A DNA stretch of 10,322 nt, from the IMG/VR virus record IMGVR_UViG_2693429623_000011; one strand, 5' to 3'. The translations under genes were made by a program, and so were the position numbers. The stretch is from a virus (taxonomy: Duplodnaviria > Heunggongvirae > Uroviricota > Caudoviricetes). Shown piece by piece: positions 1 through 6,313 of this stretch. The notes under the pieces are model-generated. The model had not been told where the DNA came from. It searched no databases and saw nothing but the letters and a program-made list of their open reading frames with translations. Numbering within the stretch: position 1 is the stretch's first letter; every line of letters begins with the position of its first letter.

Positions 1-17
1 GGAGGGTGAGGGGAGTA

Positions 18-45
18 AGCCCGCTACATTGCGGGCTTTGTCTTA
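18..45 (+). terminator. Candidate rho-independent terminator (hairpin plus T-rich tail)
   Basis: Inverted repeat AGCCCGC(18-24)/GCGGGCT(31-37) with a 6-nt loop, followed by TTTGTCTT. Confidence 0.35.
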
Positions 46-86
46 TAGTCTTATCACTGTTTCAAGTCGGTGAGGGCACCAAAAAG

Positions 87-120
87 AAAACCCGCAGTTT
101 TTACGCTGCGGGTTTGTTGT
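87..120. terminator. Candidate bidirectional rho-independent terminator
   Basis: Stem CCCGCAG(91-97)/CTGCGGG(106-112) with an 8-nt loop. It is flanked by an A-run (81-90, giving a U-tract for minus-strand transcripts) and by TTTGTTGTT (113-121) for plus-strand transcripts. Confidence 0.45.
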
Positions 121-140
121 TCATATCTGTGAGATAGGGT

Positions 141-158
141 GCCTTATCCGGCCTTACC
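141..158. repeat. Partial REP-like (repetitive extragenic palindromic) element
   Basis: GCCTTATCCGGCCTTACC closely resembles the enterobacterial REP half-consensus CGCCTTATCCGGCCTAC. Only one arm is present. Confidence 0.3.
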
Positions 159-171
159 CTGGCAACCGATT

Positions 172-193
172 GACGGGGGATTGCTCCCCCGTC
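172..193 (-). promoter_or_regulatory. Stable stem-loop just downstream of the hok stop; candidate hok mRNA 3' structural element
   Basis: Perfect 9-bp inverted repeat GACGGGGGA / TCCCCCGTC with a 4-nt loop, located 10 nt 3' of the hok stop codon on the minus strand. hok mRNAs are known to end in a stable 3' hairpin involved in fold-back inhibition. Confidence 0.4.
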
Positions 194-202
194 GCGGTTT
201 CC

Positions 203-343
203 TTACTGCTTACACTGTAAGAACGCCGCAAACTCCGCTCCCCAGAAGCTCATCCGTATTTCACACAGCGAACCGTGCAACATCCAGATGATGAGGATTG
301 CCGTCACGCAGAACGTGATGGTCGTAAGCGATTTTTGCGACAT
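203..343 (-). CDS. hok: Hok/Gef-family type I toxin (small membrane peptide, 46 aa)
   Basis: Manually translated minus-strand ORF, below the six-frame track cutoff: MSQKSLTTITFCVTAILIIWMLHGSLCEIRMSFWGAEFAAFLQCKQ. It has an N-terminal hydrophobic helix followed by the SLCEIR and AAF motifs shared with Hok, HokA and Gef. AAGGAG lies 8 nt upstream of the ATG, and the gene sits in the +1 overlap with the mok-like ORF. Confidence 0.75.
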   Translation of the reverse strand: MSQKSLTTITFCVTAILIIWMLHGSLCEIRMSFWGAEFAAFLQCKQ

Positions 344-473
344 AGCACTTGCTCCTTTTCCGGAGAGGCGCTAACCTTTCACTTGTCAAGGTAATGCGGT
401 TAGGGCCTCGGTTAAACAGAGATGTTTTCCGGGGCCTTTCCACATCTGGCCTTCGGGTATTCCCTCCGACCAT
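261..473 (-). CDS. mok: mok-like overlapping reading frame (modulator of killing), 70 codons
   Basis: A 70-aa minus-strand ORF begins upstream of hok and overlaps its first ~27 codons in a different frame, mirroring the mok/hok arrangement of plasmid R1 (mok is also 70 codons). No strong Shine-Dalgarno sequence was seen, and the protein itself is not recognisable. Confidence 0.4.
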   Translation of the reverse strand: MVGGNTRRPDVERPRKTSLFNRGPNRITLTSERLAPLRKRSKCYVAKIAYDHHVLRDGNPHHLDVARFAV

Positions 474-533
474 CAGCCGAAAGGCACCCGCGCGTAATCT
501 ATCGCTTTTTTGTTACTCCGGCAATTCTGCCTG

Positions 534-794
534 TTAATTCTGAGGTAAAGGCAAGCTCATCTGATTGTTTCCCCTGTGTGAAGCTGGCAGATCATGCCAC
601 GGGATATCTTCTGAAGAGTGAACGCCGGAGGCGTGTTTTGATGTGAATTTATGGAAAGCTTCCAGTGTTGAGAAGCATACGCCGCATTCCAGATTGTTAC
701 ACTGGTAATACTTTTGCCGCACGGTGTTTGAATCATTTTCCGGACGACTGGTGCGGATACGGGCAGATGCGCCACAAAGCGGACAACGGAACAT
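534..794 (-). CDS. ogr: Ogr/Delta-family zinc-finger late-gene transcriptional activator
   Basis: The 86-aa product MFRCPLCGASARIRTSR...YYQCNNLECG has the Ogr-type CxxC...CxxxxC zinc-binding arrangement (C4, C7, C32, C37) and an N-terminal match to P2 Ogr. GGGAGG lies upstream of the ATG at 794. Confidence 0.85.
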   Translation of the reverse strand: MFRCPLCGASARIRTSRPENDSNTVRQKYYQCNNLECGVCFSTLEAFHKFTSKHASGVHSSEDIPWHDLPASHRGNNQMSLPLPQN

Positions 795-824
795 AGCGAC
801 CTCCCTTAACGTAGTGCAGGGGCT

Positions 825-853
825 ATTCTAAGTTGTTCTGGCTCATACTCCAA
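825..853 (-). promoter_or_regulatory. Candidate sigma70 promoter for ogr
   Basis: On the minus strand: -35 TTGGAG (complement of 848-853), a 17-nt spacer, and -10 TAGAAT (complement of 825-830), about 30 nt upstream of the ogr ATG. Confidence 0.25.
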
Positions 854-902
854 CAGCCAGTCCGTTTCGAGCGAAAAGCGGTGATTTAACTCTTGAAGAA
901 AT

Positions 903-930
903 AGGCTTTGATACGATTTATCCAAAGCCT
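903..930 (-). terminator. Candidate terminator downstream of the AT-rich cargo gene
   Basis: Inverted repeat AGGCTTTG(903-910)/CAAAGCCT(923-930), followed on the minus strand by ATTTCTTC. It sits between the cargo-gene stop (1038) and the ogr promoter region. Confidence 0.3.
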
Positions 931-1037
931 GTAAAAGATTGGAATGTTTTTTATCCTGTCATCTATTTTGGGAAAAGATCAGGAAATAGTTATGCACTTA
1001 TAGATTTACTATAGCATTGTATTATTTGAGTACACCC

Positions 1038-2540
1038 TCATGTTTTGATTTGTGCGCTAATAGAACTTTTCTGTCTTTTCTTCTGCTCTTGAATGTATGT
1101 CTGCACCATTTCTGTTATGGTTGAAAATGCACTATGTTCTTCTATAGTTATTTTTAATTTAAATGTTTTAATGACCGGATTGGTAAGGTTATTTGCATCA
1201 ACTCTCACCTCAATTGCACCATTCACTTTCTTTGGTTTGTTGGCTGTATATACGAACAACGGGAATATTTCTTCTTTGACTTGATGACGCCACTCTTCGC
1301 ATTCCAGCGATACAACTTGAACTGGCTCATTTCTCTTTTCTTTATAATAAAAATCGTTTTTATCCCTTTCTGTTGGAGTAAGAGATAACAAAGGACCAAT
1401 TTCTTTTGAAATTATACTGGATAGCGGTGTTTCCAAAGCTCCCCCAGCGTAAGGCATTCTTTCTGTTACGCCACATACACTACGCCATTTTCCTTTGGGG
1501 GCGGTAGGGGCTGAAGGTAGGTCAATCCTTTTGCTTTCAGTCAGCTCTTCCATTATCTCCCAATTAAATCCACACAGACGAAAATCTCCTTTTGCTGTAA
1601 ATGTTACCACAGCACGTTCAGCGATAGTATAACCTGTGTTTTGTAATAAAAACGACAGCGGGTAATTTATTGCCTTCGGATTAATATGAGTATGACAGTT
1701 TTTCAGTATTTCTTCACACTGCTTTTTCCAAAGTGGATAATGTTTTTCTTTATAAAGAGAAATATCATCTGCTGATACAGGGAAATACTCCTGTTGACTA
1801 AATGACTTGATGATTTTTTCTAGTGATTGTGGGGTAGTTTGTTCATTGTCAAAGTTTGTAACCAATGGGAATGCATCCGTTAGTTGACAAAGCAAATTAT
1901 CAACTTCATATTCAGATAAAGCTGTATAATAAGGAAGTACAATATTTAATTGCTCGTCATCGGCTACTTTAATGCTGAAATCGGGCATAGACTGAGTGAA
2001 TTGCTTCAGCTTAGCTTCCAGCAATTTAATTTGTTTATCCTTTTCATCTGGCTCAGCAGGAAGCAACCATGAAGAAGGCACTTTATAGCAGATTATATTA
2101 TGTTTTATTGCTGAAAAACGTGGACCGCTATCATTGGTAATGATTGCCACCTCCGAATCTGGATCGTCAGCGCAATACCCTGCCGCAATACCAACAAAAC
2201 GATCGTCGGCCTCCTGATAATCCAATTGTTCAGATAACTGTTCACATGGTTTCAGGCTTAGATCCATGGTAAGAAAAACTCGCGGCGAGCGTTCACGAAT
2301 AACAAGAGTCATGTCAGTTGAATCAACTACTTGATTAAATAGGCTAGCAGCCTTCCTTGCTTTTTTGGATAGGCGGGAATTACCTTGCCCTTTCTGGCGG
2401 TCAATCTCTTGCTGAATGGGCCTTGTAATAATGATACATACTTCATCACAAGCAGTAATCTCGGAAAAATTTACCTGCGTCAAGTCCTTGCATTGTAGAA
2501 AAATGTTTGAGTCTGGGAATAAATACAGCTTTTTGTTCAT
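1038..2540 (-). CDS. Orphan 500-aa protein with an N-terminal PIN-like nuclease domain and an uncharacterised C-terminal region; candidate phage-carried defence/abortive-infection cargo
   Basis: A long uninterrupted ORF in a markedly AT-rich segment, whereas the flanking phage genes are noticeably GC-richer. A stop-free 1.5-kb ORF is very unlikely by chance in AT-rich DNA. GAGG lies 6 nt upstream of the ATG. N-terminal motifs fit a PIN fold: LYLFPD10SN, IQQE45ID, EAD112D113RFVGIAAGY, AIIT135ND137. No Walker A, HEPN or helicase motifs were seen in the C-terminal ~340 aa. Confidence 0.75.
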   Translation of the reverse strand: MNKKLYLFPDSNIFLQCKDLTQVNFSEITACDEVCIIITRPIQQEIDRQKGQGNSRLSKKARKAASLFNQVVDSTDMTLVIRERSPRVFLTMDLSLKPCEQLSEQLDYQEADDRFVGIAAGYCADDPDSEVAIITNDSGPRFSAIKHNIICYKVPSSWLLPAEPDEKDKQIKLLEAKLKQFTQSMPDFSIKVADDEQLNIVLPYYTALSEYEVDNLLCQLTDAFPLVTNFDNEQTTPQSLEKIIKSFSQQEYFPVSADDISLYKEKHYPLWKKQCEEILKNCHTHINPKAINYPLSFLLQNTGYTIAERAVVTFTAKGDFRLCGFNWEIMEELTESKRIDLPSAPTAPKGKWRSVCGVTERMPYAGGALETPLSSIISKEIGPLLSLTPTERDKNDFYYKEKRNEPVQVVSLECEEWRHQVKEEIFPLFVYTANKPKKVNGAIEVRVDANNLTNPVIKTFKLKITIEEHSAFSTITEMVQTYIQEQKKRQKSSISAQIKT

Positions 2541-2765
2541 TCAAACCTCAACTATGTCAATGGTGTTAGATTAATATAATAATAGTTATCAATTGGTTAT
2601 CAAAGCATGATTCTTACCACCCCTGATGTCAGGTAGGAAAACACCATATGTTTCTGCTCTGTTTTTCCTTAGAAATAGGCATCCTTGCTGGAACAAAGCG
2701 AGCAGCTATATTGACTCTATGTTGTGAGTGTGTTGATCCGTTCTGAGTTAATACATTTAAGTTGC

Positions 2766-3875
2766 TCACTCTGTTTCTGCTATCCATTCCGGGATTTTTG
2801 CCTCAAGCTCAAGCTGCGTGGTAAAGCCGCTGTTATCAATGGTGTGCTCGGCTTTTGCAATAATCCAGTCCTGATTATCAATCTCGCTTTTAAATCCTGT
2901 TACCGTGCCATGCATTTCGGGGTAGAGTTCTGCACGTCCATGCGCCAGTGTGATGGAGAATGATGCGGCTCCGCGTTGTAGCTGCTGCCACTTTGCCGCC
3001 GCTGCACGTCTTGCTGCCTGCTCGTTCTGATAAGTTTTGCGTAACACAAACACGTTGCCTTCCGCACCTTCCATATAGTCGCCTTCCCGGCTGCTGCTTT
3101 TCTCCTTTTTTGGTTTTGACGGTTTGCGGCGTTTCACGCTGACTTTTTTCTTTTTCCCGTAATTAAGATCAAGCCAGTAAGCGCGTACCCCCGTATACGC
3201 TTCGCGGTCAGCAATGCGGAACTGATGGCGATCGCCGCTGCTGCGTGTGATGGCGAACGAGGGCAACGGCTGGCCCTGTGCGTTCACGCCACCACCGGGC
3301 ATGATGAATAACAGATTACCGCTTTTTACCGTGGTGATTGCGCCCAGCATTTCCGCCATGCGCGTAAGGAAGGACATGTCGCTTTCTTCGGTCTGGTCGG
3401 CGTGGTCGATTTCGATATCCATCAGCATTTCGCTGATTTGCGGTTTCAGACCATACCGATGAGCGATGGCGGATACCACACGCTCAACGGTCACATCATG
3501 CCAGGACACCTCACGTTTAACGTTAAATTCAGCCCGAAAATCTGCGCTTCTGGCTGAAACAGTCAGCCTGTCCGGCGGTCCTTCGTGAGCGATTTCATCA
3601 ACAATGTAAGTGCCTTTTTCTGTCAGCGGTTCTCCCTTCCAGCCAATGAGAACCGTCAGGCGCGCGCCCCGTGGCGGTAGCTGCAACTGACCATCCGCAT
3701 CATCCAGCGTGATGGTGAGCTGGTCCGCCTCAAATCCCCGGTTGTCGGTCAGTGACAGGCTCATCAGGCGCTCTGCCACGCCTGACAGCGTTTTACCCTC
3801 CGCGAGAATATCAAAATCCGGCATTTTCACGGGGTCTGTGCCCTGACTGAGCAATTGCATGGTGGTGTCGGTCAT
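2766..3875 (-). CDS. D: P2 gpD-like tail protein (phage late control gene D family)
   Basis: The translation resembles the gpD family, especially the C-terminal block ...ITLAHGRAELYPEMHGTVTGFKSEIDNQDWIIAKAEHTIDNSGFTTQLELE. Start chosen at ATG 3875 (MTDTTMQ...) because AGGGAGGGAG lies 5 nt upstream. The longer ORF reaching 4007 has no ribosome-binding site and would nearly abut FI. Confidence 0.8.
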   Translation of the reverse strand: MTDTTMQLLSQGTDPVKMPDFDILAEGKTLSGVAERLMSLSLTDNRGFEADQLTITLDDADGQLQLPPRGARLTVLIGWKGEPLTEKGTYIVDEIAHEGPPDRLTVSARSADFRAEFNVKREVSWHDVTVERVVSAIAHRYGLKPQISEMLMDIEIDHADQTEESDMSFLTRMAEMLGAITTVKSGNLLFIMPGGGVNAQGQPLPSFAITRSSGDRHQFRIADREAYTGVRAYWLDLNYGKKKKVSVKRRKPSKPKKEKSSSREGDYMEGAEGNVFVLRKTYQNEQAARRAAAAKWQQLQRGAASFSITLAHGRAELYPEMHGTVTGFKSEIDNQDWIIAKAEHTIDNSGFTTQLELEAKIPEWIAETE

Positions 3876-4032
3876 CTGCTCCCTCCCTGTGTGGCATGGT
3901 CGCATGTGCGTGCGGAGGGGGTTACTGCTTTTTGTTGTCGCCGTGGCGGGAGAATGGCGCAGGGGTGAGATTACGCGCGTGGTGGGTGATGATTGTTGCC
4001 GAATCATTTAACGGATACAAGGGGTTGAAGCT
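3876..4032. promoter_or_regulatory. Divergent intergenic region between D (minus) and FI (plus); presumed promoter region for both
   Basis: A 157-bp non-coding gap between two divergently oriented genes, each with a strong Shine-Dalgarno sequence. No canonical Ogr-dependent late-promoter dyad (TGT-N12-ACA) was found by eye. Confidence 0.3.
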
Positions 4033-5217
4033 ATGAGTGAAACTCGTTTTCATGGTGCCCGTGTTACGGAAAATACCGACCTGGTAACAGCGATTAACGA
4101 TGTTGATTCCAGCGTTATCGGTATCGTGGCAACGGCGGATGATGCGGACGCGGAGCTGTTCCCGCTGAACAAGCCCACACTGCTGCCCCGCGTCAATGAC
4201 GTGCTGGGAAAATGCGGAACAACGGGGACGCTTTATCGTGCGCTTAAGGCCATCGCAGACCAGGTGAGCACAAAGGTGATCGTCGTTCGCGTGGCTGAAC
4301 ACAAAGAAGAAGACGGAAAAACGCAGGATCAACTGGTTATCGGTGGTTCTGAATCTGACGGCAGCTATACGGGGATGTATGCGCTGCTTGTTGCAGAGCA
4401 GGATGAAAGCATCGGATACCGTCCGCGTATTCTGGCCGCGCCGGAGCTGGACACGGAGGCGGTGACAAAATCCCTGTGCGTGATTGCGGGTAAACTGCGC
4501 GCGTTTGTGTATGCCTCATGTCATGACTGTAACACGATGGCTGAGGCAATTACCTACCGCCAGAAATTCAACGAACGTGAGGTGATGCTCTTATGGCCGG
4601 ACTTCATCGCCTACAACCCGAAAAGTGGCAAAAACGAAACGTTCCCCGCGCCTGCCTATGCGTGCGGCCTTCGTGCGTACATTGACCATGAGCAGGGCTG
4701 GCACAAATCGCTGTCCAACGTTCCGGTTAAAAATGTGCTGGGGATGTCCAGGCATGTGTTCTGGTCGTTGCAGGCCGAAGACAGTGATGCCAACAGCCTC
4801 AACAACAAAGAAATCACGACCATTATTCGTCGCAACGGGTTCCGCTTCTGGGGCAACCGCACACCGGAAACGAACGCCTACATCTTTGAGGTGTATACCC
4901 GAACCGCACAGGTGCTGGCTGATTCAATTGCGGAAGCGCAGTTTGAAACCATCGACAGTCCACTGACGCCTGCGAACGTGAAGGATGTTATCGGTGCCAT
5001 CAGGGCAAAACTGGATTCACTGGTTACTGCCGGGAAACTGATTGGGGCGTCGTGCTGGTATGACGTGGTGGATAACGGCACCACGAATTTACGTCAGGGG
5101 CGCGTGCGTATTCGCTACAAATATACGCCTGTTCCCCCGCTGGAAGACATGGAGCTTTACCAGTCGTTTACTGATGAATTCTTTGGTCCCGCATTTGCGG
5201 TGCTGGGAGGTGCCTGA
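4033..5217 (+). CDS. FI: Contractile tail sheath protein (P2 gpFI-like)
   Basis: The 394-aa product has N-terminal similarity to P2 FI (…GIVATADDADAELFPLNKP…TGTLYRALKAIADQ…). AAGGGG ribosome-binding site is present. The stop overlaps the FII start (ATGA). Confidence 0.9.
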   Translation: MSETRFHGARVTENTDLVTAINDVDSSVIGIVATADDADAELFPLNKPTLLPRVNDVLGKCGTTGTLYRALKAIADQVSTKVIVVRVAEHKEEDGKTQDQLVIGGSESDGSYTGMYALLVAEQDESIGYRPRILAAPELDTEAVTKSLCVIAGKLRAFVYASCHDCNTMAEAITYRQKFNEREVMLLWPDFIAYNPKSGKNETFPAPAYACGLRAYIDHEQGWHKSLSNVPVKNVLGMSRHVFWSLQAEDSDANSLNNKEITTIIRRNGFRFWGNRTPETNAYIFEVYTRTAQVLADSIAEAQFETIDSPLTPANVKDVIGAIRAKLDSLVTAGKLIGASCWYDVVDNGTTNLRQGRVRIRYKYTPVPPLEDMELYQSFTDEFFGPAFAVLGGA

Positions 5218-5729
5218 TGGCTGTACCAAAACATCTTCGCTTTTTTACGCTGTTTGTGGATGGTGAAAACGAAGTGGGTAAGGTGACGTCCGTCACTCTG
5301 CCTAAGCTGACGCGCAAAACCGACAGCTACCGGGGTGGTGGCATGATGGGAGCGGTAAGTATTGATCTCGGCCTGGATGACTCCGCGCTTGATGCGAGCT
5401 TTGTCATGGGGGGCGCAGTTCGTGAGCTGTTCCTTAAGTATGGCGGCACGATTGACGGTACGCTGCTGCGTTTTGCGGGTGAATACTACACCGACGCTGA
5501 AAGCGACCTGTATGAAGTCGAAATGCGCGGACGTGTGACGGAAATTGATATGGGGGAAGCCAAACAGGGCGAAGCCACATCACACACTTACGCCATTAAA
5601 AACACCTACTACAAGCTGAGTGTTAACGATCGCCCGTTGTGGGAGATTGACCTGCTGAACTTCATTTACCGGAAGGACGGCAGGGACATTGTGCCCGATC
5701 GCATCCGTTCCGCGCTCGGGCTTGGCTGA
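5217..5729 (+). CDS. FII: Tail tube protein (P2 gpFII-like)
   Basis: A 170-aa ORF immediately after the sheath gene, translationally coupled (ATGA overlap) with GGGAGG upstream. Size and position match P2 FII. Confidence 0.88.
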   Translation: MAVPKHLRFFTLFVDGENEVGKVTSVTLPKLTRKTDSYRGGGMMGAVSIDLGLDDSALDASFVMGGAVRELFLKYGGTIDGTLLRFAGEYYTDAESDLYEVEMRGRVTEIDMGEAKQGEATSHTYAIKNTYYKLSVNDRPLWEIDLLNFIYRKDGRDIVPDRIRSALGLG

Positions 5730-5783
5730 TAAGTAATATGCAGGCGGCGCAGTGCGTCGCCTCTGACTGAAAGGAGTTTCCTG

Positions 5784-6149
5784 ATGAAAGAGACGAAAAA
5801 CATCGATACCGAAAACACGGTCGTTGCTGACACTGTGAAAGAAACCAGTGAGCGTGGCGTAAAACTTACCCAACCAATTGAGCGAGGCGGCGAAAAAATC
5901 ACGTATGTGGAGATCACCGGGGCTATTGAGCAGGCTGGATCTCTGCGAGATTTGTCGCTGTCTGATGTGCTGAATTTGAAAGCGGAATCCATGTTTACGC
6001 TGCTGTCACGCGTGACATCACCGCGACTGGATGAAGTGACGATCAAAAAAATGGCATCCCGTGACTTTATTCAGTTATGTGTGGTTGCCGTAAATTTTTT
6101 GAGCGGTGCGGACTCTGGCGAGAAGAACGAACAGGCGACGGAAGCCTGA
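5784..6149 (+). CDS. E: Tail assembly chaperone (P2 gpE-like), zero-frame product
   Basis: A 121-aa ORF between the tube and tape-measure genes, with AAGGAG 7 nt upstream. It contains a TTTTTTG slippery site near its 3' end, as in P2 E. Confidence 0.85.
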   Translation: MKETKNIDTENTVVADTVKETSERGVKLTQPIERGGEKITYVEITGAIEQAGSLRDLSLSDVLNLKAESMFTLLSRVTSPRLDEVTIKKMASRDFIQLCVVAVNFLSGADSGEKNEQATEA

Positions 6150-6313
6150 TCACGGTTGTGTGCTTTGAGCACATAGAAGACTTTGTGGCGGATATTGCCG
6201 CCATTTTTAACTGGTCGCCCGCCGAAATCTTCATGATGACGCCCGGCGAAGTGGTTAGCTGGCGTGAGCGGGCGGCACTTCGCAGCGGGAATGCAGACAA
6301 TGAAGACTCTTGA
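5784..6313 (+). CDS. E+E': Tail assembly chaperone frameshift product (gpE+E'-like), made by programmed -1 ribosomal frameshift at 6095-6101
   Basis: The -1 frame ORF 6077-6313 is open across the slippery heptamer T TTT TTG and runs to a TGA at 6311-6313 that overlaps the T start. Predicted fusion is about 176 aa (...VVAVNFL then ERCGLWREERTGDG...). This matches the conserved chaperone frameshift upstream of tape measure genes. Confidence 0.75.
6095..6101 (+). promoter_or_regulatory. Programmed -1 frameshift slippery heptamer (T TTT TTG)
   Basis: The heptamer is in X XXY YYZ register relative to the gpE frame (codons AAT TTT TTG), identical in sequence to the P2 E/E' slip site. Confidence 0.75.

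Noticed and set aside
349-646. Plus-strand ORFs 349-537 and 422-646 across the hok/mok and ogr 3' region
   Set aside because: They are antisense to hok/mok and ogr and unlikely to be proteins. Any functional plus-strand product here would more plausibly be a short Sok-like antisense RNA, which I could not delimit.
1093-1284. 63-aa plus-strand ORF inside the PIN-like gene
   Set aside because: It is antisense to a far longer, well-supported ORF and has no ribosome-binding site.
2766-4007. Full-length 413-aa version of the D ORF starting at 4007
   Set aside because: The first 44 codons have no ribosome-binding site and would leave only 25 bp before the divergent FI start. The internal ATG at 3875 has an excellent Shine-Dalgarno sequence and gives a gpD-like length.
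2724-4332. Plus-strand ORFs 2724-2963, 2960-3142 and 3247-3462, and minus-strand ORF 3922-4332, overlapping the D and FI genes
   Set aside because: They are shadow ORFs in GC-rich coding DNA on the opposite strand or in an alternate frame of well-supported phage genes. They have no ribosome-binding sites and their products are low-complexity and unrecognisable.
4337-5084. Alternate-frame and antisense ORFs within FI (4337-4549, 4625-4966, 4656-4862, 4878-5084) and around FII/E (5042-5266, 5580-5873, 5666-6046)
   Set aside because: They overlap strongly supported tail genes and show no independent coding signal.
6077-6313. E' as an independently initiated 78-aa protein starting at ATG 6077
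   Set aside because: There is no ribosome-binding site before 6077. The ORF is in exact -1 register downstream of a canonical slippery heptamer inside E, so it is better explained as the frameshift extension.
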